Shown here: piece after piece, positions 1-8,514 of the stretch
How the letters are laid out: each line of letters opens with the position of its first letter
Numbering within the stretch: the stretch's first letter is position 1
Origin: an uncultured Pseudomonadales bacterium
GTDB lineage: Bacteria; Patescibacteriota; Microgenomatia; UBA1400; PJMF01
Direction: 5' to 3'
DNA: 64,000 bases
Assembly (NCBI GenBank): GCA_964637295.1
Contig: CAZWWE010000002.1
Location: 43,108 to 107,107, forward strand
Position numbers and translations under genes: made by a program
The notes under the pieces: generated by a model
Databases searched by the model: none
The model's input: only the letters and a program-made list of their open reading frames with translations
What the model was told of the DNA's origin: nothing

Positions 1-371
1 GTGCTAACCCCATGCACGGTCGTGATCATTCTGGAGCGATTGCTTCTCTAAATTCAGTGGCCAAAATTGATTATAAAAATGCTAGAGATGGAGTTTCTAA
101 TACTTTTTCGATTGTGCCCAAAGCTTTGGGTGAAAATAAAGGAACTCAGATCAAAAATCTTTTAGCCATGTTAGATGGTTATTTTAATAAAAATGCTCAT
201 CATTTAAATGTAAATGTTCTTAATCGTGAAACTCTTGAAGATGCGATAGTTCATCCTGAGAAATATCCGCAGTTAACCATTCGTGTCTCTGGTTATGCAG
301 TTAATTTTATTAAATTGAGTGAAGCTCATCAGAGAGAAGTCATTGCTAGAACATTTCATGACAGCATGTAG
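1..371 (+). CDS. pflB: Pyruvate formate-lyase (formate C-acetyltransferase), C-terminal fragment truncated by the window start
   Basis: Translation ANPMHGRD...VAK...[10 protein letters not shown]...[10 protein letters not shown]...[18 protein letters not shown]...TFHDSM lines up residue-by-residue with the C-terminus of E. coli PflB, including the glycyl-radical motif RVSGY. Confidence 0.9.
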   Translation, partial: ANPMHGRDHSGAIASLNSVAKIDYKNARDGVSNTFSIVPKALGENKGTQIKNLLAMLDGYFNKNAHHLNVNVLNRETLEDAIVHPEKYPQLTIRVSGYAVNFIKLSEAHQREVIARTFHDSM

Positions 372-1104
372 TTTAAAGATTCATTCGATTGATACTTTTG
401 GCACGCATGACGGGCCAGGTATTCGTTTAGTAATTTTTGCCCAAGGATGTCCTTTTCGTTGTCTATATTGTCATAATCCAGATACACAAGCTTTAGAAAC
501 AGATAAAAGCAAAACGATTACTATTCAAGCAATCATGAATTTGTTGCAAAAAGAAAAAAGTTACTTTGGAGAACATGGCGGTCTAACTATTTCTGGTGGA
601 GAACCAACACTGCAAGCAAAAACATTAATTGAACTTTTTAAAGAATGTAAAAAACATGGTTTTAATACTTGCCTAGACACTTGTGGAGCTATTTACAATG
701 CAGACATTCAGGAACTTTATGATCTCACCGACTTGGTTTTACTAGATGTTAAACATATTGATGATCTTTGGCATCAGAAATTAACTGGATCCAGCAATCA
801 AAATTCCTTGAAAAATGCAGAAATTAGAGAAAAAAGTGGTAAAAACATGTGGCTGCGTTATGTTTTAGTTCCAGGCTGGACTGACCAAGAAGAATATTTA
901 GAAGCCTGGGCAAAATATTTTGCTGATTATCAATCGATCACAAGAATAGAAATTATTCCCTATCACAAGTTGGGAGTTTTTAAGTATGAGGCTTTGGGTT
1001 GCAAATATCAGCTTGAGAAAATTGAGCCTCCCACACAAATTGAGATTGTCAAAGCTGAACAAATTTTTATAAAGTATTTAGGCAACAAAGTTGTTGTTGT
1101 TTAG
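358..1104 (+). CDS. pflA: Pyruvate formate-lyase activating enzyme (radical SAM)
   Basis: [36 protein letters not shown] has the CxxxCxxC radical-SAM cluster motif. It is collinear with E. coli PflA (GGEP, CLDTCG, YVLVPGW). The ATG at 358 matches the PflA N-terminus; the track's GTG at 319 is an alternative start. Confidence 0.88.
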   Translation: MTACSLKIHSIDTFGTHDGPGIRLVIFAQGCPFRCLYCHNPDTQALETDKSKTITIQAIMNLLQKEKSYFGEHGGLTISGGEPTLQAKTLIELFKECKKHGFNTCLDTCGAIYNADIQELYDLTDLVLLDVKHIDDLWHQKLTGSSNQNSLKNAEIREKSGKNMWLRYVLVPGWTDQEEYLEAWAKYFADYQSITRIEIIPYHKLGVFKYEALGCKYQLEKIEPPTQIEIVKAEQIFIKYLGNKVVVV

Positions 1105-1131
1105 TTGTGTAAATTTTAATAGAAAGAAAAT

Positions 1132-3222
1132 ATGAATTTTGATGCTATTTTTTATCCCAAAGCGATTGCTATCATTGGTGCTTCAAGTCGAGAAAAAACG
1201 GTGGGTAATGACGTGGTGAAAAACTTAGTGAGACAAGGATATGCTGGCAAAATTTATCCAGTTAATCCTAAAATTGAAGAACTTTATGGTTTAAAAGTTT
1301 TCGCTTCGATTGAAGAGATTAATGATGATGAAATTGAATTGCTAGTTTTGGCAATTCCAGCAAAGTTTGTAGCGGCTGAAATTAAAAAAGCTGCTAGTAA
1401 GGGAGTTAAAGCGGCAATTGTAATTTCAGCTGGCTTTAAAGAGGCCGGAAATTTGGAGTTAGAAAAAGAATTGGCGCGGACTTGTAATGATTTGAAGATT
1501 ACTTTGGTTGGCCCCAATTGTTTGGGAGCCATCAATGCAGAAATTCAAATGAATGCTTCTTTTGCCAGTGTAATGCCACCAGTTGGTGACGTGGCTTTTA
1601 TGTCACAAAGCGGGGCGCTTTGTACTGCGGTTTTAGATTATGCTAAAGATTTGGGGATCGGCTTTTCTAAGTTTATTAGCATTGGTAATAAGGCTGCTTT
1701 AAATGAGTTAGATTTAATCAAATATTTGCATGCTGATAAAAAAACTAAAGTGATCTGTATGTACGCAGAATCTCTGGAAAATGCCCCAGAGATAATCGAA
1801 GTTTTACGTCAATTAAATCGAGGCAGAAATCCTAAGCCAATTATTGTTCTTAAATCAGGTAAAACTACTGCCGGAGCGGGTGCAATTGCTTCTCACACCG
1901 GATCACTAAGCAGTGGCGACAGTGCTTATCAGGCCTTGTTTGCCCAAGCTGGCATTATTCGTGCTAATAGCGTAAGTGAACTTTTTGATTTGGCACAAAT
2001 GTTTTCAATGAATGATTTACAAAAAGTGAATCAAGTCAGTATCGTAACGAACGCTGGCGGTCCAGGAGTTTTAACGACTGATGCGGTCATAGAGAATCAT
2101 TTAGAAATGGCAGTTCTTACTCCAGAAACAGTTAAAACATTACGCAGTTTTTTACCAACTGCTGCTAGCACTCATAATCCAGTTGATGTTTTAGGTGATG
2201 CCGTTGGCGAAGTTTACAAAAAAACACTGGAAGTTTTAGCTAGAGATAAAAACACTGATGGAATTATCGTGCTTTTAACCCCTCAGTCAATGACTGAACC
2301 AGAGGCAACTGCCCAAGCCATTGTTGAAATGAGACGACACAGTCAGAAACCAATCATTGTTAGTTTAATGGGTAAAAAATTAGTGGCTGAAGGAGTTAAT
2401 GTTTTGCGTGAACAGAAAATTGCCACTACTGCTTTTCCTGAGCCAGCTGCCATAGCAATGGCTAAATTTGCGATTTTCAATCAATGGGCAAAACAAAAAA
2501 ATGAAGCATTTTTAAGTTACGATGAGGTTGACAAGGCCAAAGTGATCGAAATTTTTGCAAGAGCTAAGGCTAAGAGTCAAACTTCTTTTCCAGAAGCAGA
2601 AGCAATGGAAATTATGAAAGCATATAAATTTCCATTGCTTAAATCTGCTGTTGCCAAAAGCTCTGCTGAAGCAGTGAAAATTATGCAAGAATTCAAATGC
2701 AAAGTGGCAATGAAAATTGTTTCGCCAGATATCTTGCATAAAAGTGATGTAGGAGGAGTGAGTTTGGGAGTGACTTTGGAAACAATTGAGAGTGAATATA
2801 AAAACATGATGGAGAGAGTGGCCAAAAAAATGCCTGAAGCTAAATTAGAAGGAGTTTTATTAATGGAAATGGCTAACAAAGGCACAGAGCTAATTTTGGG
2901 AATTAACAAAAATTCTTTAGGAACGATGCTGATGTTTGGTTTAGGCGGAATTTATGTAGAAGTTTTCAAAGACGTCAATTTTGCTTTTACACCGATTACT
3001 AGAGAAGATGCCTTAAAGATGATCAATGGCTTGCGTTCTAGTAAGTTGCTAGATGGAGTGAGAGGTGAAAAGCCAGTGGATAAAGAGCTTTTAATTGAAA
3101 CCATTGGTCGTTTATCGCAATTAGTTCATGATTTTCCGGAAATAGTTGAGCTAGATATTAACCCGTTGCTGATTAATAGTGATGGTGTCAAAGTGCTTGA
3201 TGCGAGAGTAGTTATCGAGTAA
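1132..3222 (+). CDS. Acetate--CoA ligase (ADP-forming), fused alpha/beta domains
   Basis: 696 aa. N-terminal CoA-binding domain (IAIIGASSREKTVGN...IYPVNPK), succinyl-CoA-synthetase-like ligase core, C-terminal ATP-grasp; the architecture of ADP-forming acetyl-CoA synthetases. Confidence 0.8.
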   Translation: MNFDAIFYPKAIAIIGASSREKTVGNDVVKNLVRQGYAGKIYPVNPKIEELYGLKVFASIEEINDDEIELLVLAIPAKFVAAEIKKAASKGVKAAIVISAGFKEAGNLELEKELARTCNDLKITLVGPNCLGAINAEIQMNASFASVMPPVGDVAFMSQSGALCTAVLDYAKDLGIGFSKFISIGNKAALNELDLIKYLHADKKTKVICMYAESLENAPEIIEVLRQLNRGRNPKPIIVLKSGKTTAGAGAIASHTGSLSSGDSAYQALFAQAGIIRANSVSELFDLAQMFSMNDLQKVNQVSIVTNAGGPGVLTTDAVIENHLEMAVLTPETVKTLRSFLPTAASTHNPVDVLGDAVGEVYKKTLEVLARDKNTDGIIVLLTPQSMTEPEATAQAIVEMRRHSQKPIIVSLMGKKLVAEGVNVLREQKIATTAFPEPAAIAMAKFAIFNQWAKQKNEAFLSYDEVDKAKVIEIFARAKAKSQTSFPEAEAMEIMKAYKFPLLKSAVAKSSAEAVKIMQEFKCKVAMKIVSPDILHKSDVGGVSLGVTLETIESEYKNMMERVAKKMPEAKLEGVLLMEMANKGTELILGINKNSLGTMLMFGLGGIYVEVFKDVNFAFTPITREDALKMINGLRSSKLLDGVRGEKPVDKELLIETIGRLSQLVHDFPEIVELDINPLLINSDGVKVLDARVVIE

Positions 3223-3242
3223 ATGATATAATTACTCATCTT

Positions 3243-4373
3243 ATGAAGTCAGCTATTTATGCTTTTTCCGGTGATCCAATTACTTTTGGTCACCTTGATA
3301 TTATCAAGCGTGCGGCTGCTGTTTTTGATCGCGTCATAGTGGCTATTGGTGTTAATCCAGCTAAAAAATATCTTTTTTCTCAAGAAGAAAGAACGGAAAT
3401 GGCCAGAAGATCGCTTTTTGATTTAAAAAATGTCGAAGTTAAGGCTTTTAATGGCATGCTAGTAGATTTTGCCTATGAACATAATATTGATGTCATTGTT
3501 AAGGGAGTAAGAAGCAGTCAAGATTTTGAATATGAACAAAGCTTGCATAGTTTGGGTGAAAGTCAAAAACTTGGCATAGATACTTTTATTCTTTTTGCTA
3601 AGCCTGCCTTGGCTCATATTAGTTCTGGTGCGGTTAAAGAAATTCAAGAAAGTCAGGGTTTGATTCATGATTATGTGCCAGCATATGTTAAACAGTGCGT
3701 AGAGACAAAACTTAGTGGTCAATACATCGTTGGTTTGACTGGTGAAATTGGATCAGGCAAGTCTTATGTAGGAGAAAAATTAGTAGCTTTAGCTAAAGCA
3801 AGCGGTTTAGAGGCTCATAATATTGAACTTGACCATTTAGCTTGGCAAATTCAGTCAGATTTAAAAGAAGATAAGTACACTATCGTTAGAAAACAAATTA
3901 TCGATATTTTTGGGGTAGAAGCAGCCAATCTTGATGGAAGTATTAATCGCAAAGCACTTGGGGAAATTGTTTTTGCTGATCAACAGAAACTAAATAAATT
4001 AAATGAAATTATGGAAACTCCAATTTTAGTACGCTTACGTAGAGAACTAAAAAACAAAAAAGGACTCATTATTTTAAACGCTGCTTTGTTAGCAGAAGCC
4101 AAAATGAGTCAACTTTCCAATTACAACACCATTCTTTTATCAGTGGACGAAGGAATTCAAAATAAAAGATTATTAGAAAGAGATTTAAGCCAAGAACAAA
4201 TTAAAAGAAGGTTGATAAGTCAATATGATTTTGTTAGCAAGAAAAAAGCTTTAATGGCAGAAATCAAAAGAAATCAACAAGGCAAATTGTGGATTTTAGA
4301 TAACAGTTATGCTTCTGACTTAGAAATTAAAAAATTATTTAAAGATTTATTACTTTATTTTGGTCTTAATTAA
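3243..4373 (+). CDS. Bifunctional phosphopantetheine adenylyltransferase / dephospho-CoA kinase (CoaD-CoaE fusion)
   Basis: N-terminal ~160 aa AIYAFSGDPITFGHLDIIKRA is the PPAT T/HxGH nucleotidyltransferase motif. C-terminal ~200 aa IVGLTGEIGSGKSYV is the DPCK P-loop, and ...LLSVDEGIQNKRLLERDLSQEQ matches the CoaE lid/C-terminal motif. Confidence 0.75.
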   Translation: MKSAIYAFSGDPITFGHLDIIKRAAAVFDRVIVAIGVNPAKKYLFSQEERTEMARRSLFDLKNVEVKAFNGMLVDFAYEHNIDVIVKGVRSSQDFEYEQSLHSLGESQKLGIDTFILFAKPALAHISSGAVKEIQESQGLIHDYVPAYVKQCVETKLSGQYIVGLTGEIGSGKSYVGEKLVALAKASGLEAHNIELDHLAWQIQSDLKEDKYTIVRKQIIDIFGVEAANLDGSINRKALGEIVFADQQKLNKLNEIMETPILVRLRRELKNKKGLIILNAALLAEAKMSQLSNYNTILLSVDEGIQNKRLLERDLSQEQIKRRLISQYDFVSKKKALMAEIKRNQQGKLWILDNSYASDLEIKKLFKDLLLYFGLN

Positions 4374-4379
4374 TTAATT

Positions 4380-5144
4380 TTAATCAATTTCTATCGAAAT
4401 GGGGCAGTGATCAGAACCTTGTATTTGGTTGTGGATTTGAGCAGATTTTAATCTTTTTTTAAGATTCTTACTGATAAAGAAGTAATCTATTCTCCAGCCA
4501 ACGTTTCTTTGTCTAGCACCAGAACGTTGACTCCACCAGGTATATTGATCTTTTTTGTTTGGGTAAAGGGTGCGGAAACTATCAATAAAACCTAGTGCCA
4601 ACAGTTTATCAATCCAAGCTCTTTCTTCTTTTAAAAATCCAGAAATCAACTGATTTTCTTTTGGTCTAGCCAAATCAATTTCTTGATGTGCTGTGTTCAC
4701 ATCACCGCAAATAATAATATTTTTTTCTGTTTTTAATAATTCTTTAAGAAACTCAAGTAAAAAATCATAATAAGCCATTTTGTAAGCTAATCTTTCTGGA
4801 GAAGCTTTGCCATTGGGAAAATAGATATTGAAGAGAGTAAAGTCTTGATATTTGGTGATTAAAGTTCTGCCCTCACGATCAAATTTATTTTCTTGCAAAC
4901 CAACTTGAATATTTTCAGGTTCTTTTTTGGTATAGGTAACTACTCCGCTATAGCCTTTTTTCTCTGCCCAAGCAAAATAGCTATGATAAGAATCAAGATG
5001 GGTTAAATCAAAAGTCAATTGATCTGGAGAAGCCTTCGTTTCTTGTAAACAAACAATGTCAGCATTTTCGTTTTTTATCCAAGTAAGAAAGCCTTTTTTT
5101 AAAACAGCTCGAATCCCATTTACATTCCAAGAATAAATCTTCAT
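4380..5144 (-). CDS. xth: Exodeoxyribonuclease III (AP endonuclease)
   Basis: MKIYSWNVNGIRA...DIVCLQETK...WRIDYFF...SDHCP are the ExoIII/APE1 family signature blocks. Confidence 0.85.
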   Translation of the reverse strand: MKIYSWNVNGIRAVLKKGFLTWIKNENADIVCLQETKASPDQLTFDLTHLDSYHSYFAWAEKKGYSGVVTYTKKEPENIQVGLQENKFDREGRTLITKYQDFTLFNIYFPNGKASPERLAYKMAYYDFLLEFLKELLKTEKNIIICGDVNTAHQEIDLARPKENQLISGFLKEERAWIDKLLALGFIDSFRTLYPNKKDQYTWWSQRSGARQRNVGWRIDYFFISKNLKKRLKSAQIHNQIQGSDHCPISIEID

Positions 5145-5146
5145 AT

Positions 5147-6079
5147 ATGATTGATTATAGCGTATATTTAAGAGGTTGTTTTATGAATGAAATTGATCGT
5201 TTGGTTTATCTAACCATTGCTTACAGCAGTTGTTTCAATTTTGCCTTAACCGCAGAGGAAATTTTCAAGCGCATCCCAATTAATTCTGATTTGCAATATT
5301 TATTTAATTTAGACAAAAAAAATTTTAAAAAAATTCAAATTTCAGAGCAAAAAATCAATAATGCTTTAAAAAAAATGATAAAGCAATCGTTAATACAAAC
5401 TGATGGCTTGTATTTTTTTATAAAAAAGAAAGACTTGCTTAATAGAATAACAAAAAATAATCATCGTCATTTGAAAAAACAGGAAGCAAAAGATTTTGTT
5501 GAAATGGCTAAAAAAATTCCTTTTATCAAAGCGATTGTTTTAACTGGCGGAGCCGCTGTGGGCAATGCAGCTAAGGATGATGATTTAGACTTTATGATTA
5601 TTTGTCAAAAAAAGACTTTGTGGATTACACGTTTTTTATTAATTCTTTTAATTAAACTTAAAAATAGAAGACCAGGCTCTAAAAAGCCAAGTGCTTGGTG
5701 CGTAAACTTATTAATGGATGAAAACAATTTGGCTTTGGATGCAAATAGAAGAACTTTGTATGAAGCTTATGAAATTTTACAAATGCAATTTATATTTGAT
5801 CGACAAAATTGTCAACAAAATTTTTTAGCTGCTAATCAATGGTTAAAAAAATATTTGTTTTATTATCAAAATTTTCATTTTATTTCTTGTCAAGATCATC
5901 TTCTCTTTTCAAATTCTTTTTTGAATTATTTGTTTTTTTATTTGCAAAAAACTTACCGTCGCTTAATATTCGGTCCAGAGAATTTTACTCTTAGCTCAAC
6001 TCAAGCTTTTTTTAATAATGTCCATTTTAAAGAAAAATTGAGGCAGATTTTAGAAAAAAGAGTAAACTCAAAATATTAA
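5147..6079 (+). CDS. Hypothetical protein with minimal nucleotidyltransferase-like motif
   Basis: LTGGAAVGNAAKDDDLDFMI resembles the Pol-beta-type NTase G[GS]...DxD motif. The stop overlaps the start of the downstream kinase gene (TAATG), suggesting translational coupling. The true start may be the internal ATG at 5183. Confidence 0.4.
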   Translation: MIDYSVYLRGCFMNEIDRLVYLTIAYSSCFNFALTAEEIFKRIPINSDLQYLFNLDKKNFKKIQISEQKINNALKKMIKQSLIQTDGLYFFIKKKDLLNRITKNNHRHLKKQEAKDFVEMAKKIPFIKAIVLTGGAAVGNAAKDDDLDFMIICQKKTLWITRFLLILLIKLKNRRPGSKKPSAWCVNLLMDENNLALDANRRTLYEAYEILQMQFIFDRQNCQQNFLAANQWLKKYLFYYQNFHFISCQDHLLFSNSFLNYLFFYLQKTYRRLIFGPENFTLSSTQAFFNNVHFKEKLRQILEKRVNSKY

Positions 6080-7374
6080 TGAAGCTTTTGCAAATTTATT
6101 TCAATCTTGAAAAAAAATTTATTCAAGATCAGAAAAAGAAACTTCAGCTACTTAATTTAATCAATCAATTACTCATGACGTCAGTCTTGGGCATTCTATT
6201 GCTTGGTTTAAACCAAGCAAAAATTTTTGACCATATTTTAGATTATCACGGTTTAATGAAGTTGTTACTAATTTATTTATTTTTCAATTTTTTAAGCATT
6301 TTAATTAGAAAACAATTGATTTTACTATCGTCTATGGGTTTAATATTTTTTTTACTTGCTATTTTTTCGAAACTAAGTTTTAGTTTCGGAATTGATTTTT
6401 ACTTGAATAGCCCGATCTGTTCATTGGCTATTTTATTGGCTATAGTTTTATTTAATCCAAAATTTGCTTTTTTAATTTATTTATTAATCTCTTTAAACTT
6501 TTTGCTTTGTTTTATTTTACAAATAAAAACTTGTCCTAATTGTCAGAGAAATTGGCAAATTTTAAATTTCGATTTTTTGTTTGTTTTTTTGATCATGATT
6601 TATTGTTTGTTGTTAACTTTAATTGGTAATTTTTTAGTCAAACATTATGAAGCTAAACTAAAATTCATGCAAAAAAAATATTTAAACAAATTAATTAATT
6701 TAGTAGCGCTGATAAATTTGGGCAAAGTTACATCGAGTTTAATTCAAGAAATTAGAAATCAATTAAGCATCATTAGCTTGGTTTTACAAAATGCTGAAAT
6801 CAATCATCAGTCTATTGAATACTTGGAATATGCCAAAACTGCTGTCGAGCAAATTGATCGCTTTTCTCGTTTAGAGTATTTTGATTTTTTCAAAGAAATT
6901 GAGCTAGAAGTTTTTAGCCTTAATGTGGAGCTTAATAATTTATTAATTTTATTTAAAAGAAAATTAAAACAAGAAAATGTTAAGATTTTTTTGCAAAATA
7001 ATCAAAATTTTCAATTATATGCTGATCGTGTCAAACTCGACTTAGTGATCGCTAATTTAATTTTAAATGCCATTGAAGCATATCAAAATATTGATCGAGA
7101 GGAAAAACATATTTTTATCAAATTAATTAAGAAGCCTCGAAATTTGTTGATTAAAGTAAAAGATTATGGACAAGGAATTGAGCCAAAAAATTTGGTTAAG
7201 ATCTTTGAACCTTATTTTACTTCAAAAAATTCGAATCAGGCATTGGGACTAGGTTTGTATATTAGTCAATTAGTCATGCAACGAGCCTTTTCCAGTAAAA
7301 TAAAAGTAGAAAGCATTCTCAATCAAGGATCGACTTTTACTTTATACATTAAAAATAAGTTTTTATTAATTTAA
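6079..7374 (+). CDS. Membrane sensor histidine-kinase-like protein (HATPase_c intact; H-box appears to have Gln instead of His)
   Basis: ~6 predicted TM helices at the N-terminus. The C-terminus has an N-box (ANLILNAIEAYQN), G1 (VKDYGQGIE) and G2 (ALGLGLYIS). The presumed H-box reads SLIQEIRNQL where HK consensus is sHELRTPL. Confidence 0.65.
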   Translation: MKLLQIYFNLEKKFIQDQKKKLQLLNLINQLLMTSVLGILLLGLNQAKIFDHILDYHGLMKLLLIYLFFNFLSILIRKQLILLSSMGLIFFLLAIFSKLSFSFGIDFYLNSPICSLAILLAIVLFNPKFAFLIYLLISLNFLLCFILQIKTCPNCQRNWQILNFDFLFVFLIMIYCLLLTLIGNFLVKHYEAKLKFMQKKYLNKLINLVALINLGKVTSSLIQEIRNQLSIISLVLQNAEINHQSIEYLEYAKTAVEQIDRFSRLEYFDFFKEIELEVFSLNVELNNLLILFKRKLKQENVKIFLQNNQNFQLYADRVKLDLVIANLILNAIEAYQNIDREEKHIFIKLIKKPRNLLIKVKDYGQGIEPKNLVKIFEPYFTSKNSNQALGLGLYISQLVMQRAFSSKIKVESILNQGSTFTLYIKNKFLLI

Positions 7375-7439
7375 TATCTATAATTAGCCCTTGTCATGCT
7401 GGTAAATTTTTGCTAGTTTTTAGATTGCTGTGGAATATA

Positions 7440-7575
7440 GTGAAAATCTATAACTGTGCCGCAACGGTGATTCTCTATTAAGAGACGAGTCCGGTCTTCA
7501 GCAAAGAGAAATCTTGACGAGCATCGAGGAATATTTTTTGTCTCCGATGCTCCCTAACAAGGGAGCTTTTTTATT
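7440..7575 (+). promoter_or_regulatory. Attenuator-like leader or small RNA with mutually exclusive hairpins, ending in an intrinsic terminator
   Basis: Stem GAGCATCG (7519-7526) pairs with CGATGCTC (7545-7552). Its 3' arm shares GCTC with the 5' arm of terminator hairpin GCTCCC-taacaa-GGGAGC (7549-7566), which is followed by TTTTTTATT. A possible -10 box, TATAGT, lies near 7430. Confidence 0.3.
7549..7575 (+). terminator. Rho-independent terminator
   Basis: GCTCCC TAACAA GGGAGC is a perfect 6-bp GC-rich stem, followed by TTTTTTATT. Confidence 0.55.
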
Positions 7576-7642
7576 GAAGAACCACGGCTTAGTAAAAATA
7601 TAAATAAGCCCAGTGGTTTCACTTGGTTTAGAAAGGTATTAA

Positions 7643-8365
7643 ATGAAAGAAAAAAATACACCTAGAAAAGCGGTGGAAATGGCTGCCAGTATTGGCAGTA
7701 ATCCAAAAGAAGTTGGAAATTATTGGCAAATGCTTGCTCTGGGAAATTTAAATATTACAGAACAACTAGAAGGTATGGGTTTGGAATTAGCGATTGAAAA
7801 TCAAGAATGGCAAAAACTATTGTCCCAGTTGGGTTTTTGGATGATCGATTTGCTTGATCAAAAAATAGCAAATATTCAAACCCAAGTGATTGAGCAAGAA
7901 ACGGCCATTGAACTCAGAAGACTATTTGGTAGACCTCTTTCTCTCTTAGCAATGCCAATTTTTGTAGAATTAGAAAAAATGGAGCTTTTAGCCAGGATTG
8001 ATTTAAAAACAGAAGCAAACAATATTGAAAAGATTTGGGAACAAATTAACAAGAGAATACTCTACATGATACAGCTATTTTTAGCAGAACAAATCGAGAC
8101 GGTGGAAAAAGAAGAAGCAGCTCATTTACTTGCTTTAGAATCTTCTCAAGAAGAAGCAAAAGGACTGGAGCCTTTATCGGCAACAGTCAATCAAGTTGAA
8201 AATAAATTTTCACTTAAATTGGAAGAATTGAAAAATAAAAAAACTTTGCTTTTAGAAAATTTTAAAAAAGTTAATGGCAAAATACAAACTTCAGTTGAGG
8301 GGTTTTTTGAGCAAACTATTTTTAGTGCCGGCAGGCAGAGTATACAACCGATTGCAATAAATTAA
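7643..8365 (+). CDS. Hypothetical alpha-helical/coiled-coil protein
   Basis: 240-aa ORF with no recognisable catalytic motif. Lies downstream of the attenuator-like element. Confidence 0.4.
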   Translation: MKEKNTPRKAVEMAASIGSNPKEVGNYWQMLALGNLNITEQLEGMGLELAIENQEWQKLLSQLGFWMIDLLDQKIANIQTQVIEQETAIELRRLFGRPLSLLAMPIFVELEKMELLARIDLKTEANNIEKIWEQINKRILYMIQLFLAEQIETVEKEEAAHLLALESSQEEAKGLEPLSATVNQVENKFSLKLEELKNKKTLLLENFKKVNGKIQTSVEGFFEQTIFSAGRQSIQPIAIN

Positions 8366-8378
8366 TCATTGATCCCGG

Positions 8379-8449
8379 GCCAGGATTCGAACCTAGAATA
8401 ATTGATTCAGAGTCAATGGTGATGCCATTTCACTACCCGGGAGGGTAAA
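8379..8449 (-). tRNA. tRNA-Gln (anticodon CUG)
   Basis: Reverse complement TCCCGGG-TA-GTGA-AATGGCA-TCAC-C-ATTGA-CTCTGAA-TCAAT-TATT-CTAGG-TTCGAAT-CCTGG-CCCGGGA-T folds as a cloverleaf. 7-bp acceptor stem with U1-A72 (typical of tRNA-Gln), 4-bp D stem, 5-bp anticodon stem with loop CU-CUG-AA, T-loop TTCGAAT. No CCA is encoded. Confidence 0.75.
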
Positions 8450-8514
8450 TTTTATGATTTTTTTATCTTCTGATTATATAACAAAGTGATTTTTCTTTCA
8501 GAGGATAAATAAAT

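Noticed and set aside
1284-3722. Antisense ORFs nested inside the acd and fusion genes (1284-1535, 2512-2739, 2577-2909, 3459-3722)
   Set aside because: They lie entirely within well-supported, full-length homologous genes on the other strand and have low-complexity translations. Treated as spurious; the same applies to the other nested ORFs in the track (e.g. 11186-11398, 14889-15182, 16263-16478, 20162-20536, 34740-35021, 36993-37211, 37704-38066, 40821-41057, 47154-47345, 53869-54084, 60598-60888).
7375-7642. SRP RNA, 6S RNA or T-box in the 268-nt spacer
   Set aside because: The region is too short for a T-box or 6S RNA and is not upstream of an aaRS gene. The GUCCGG...AGCA stretch only superficially resembles SRP domain IV and lacks the complementary strand. 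Kept only as a generic attenuator/sRNA candidate.
8366-8514. tRNA-Gln as an integration site of a mobile element or genomic island
   Set aside because: No integrase, recombinase, excisionase or direct repeat of the tRNA 3' end was recognised nearby. Flanking genes are signalling and housekeeping-like.
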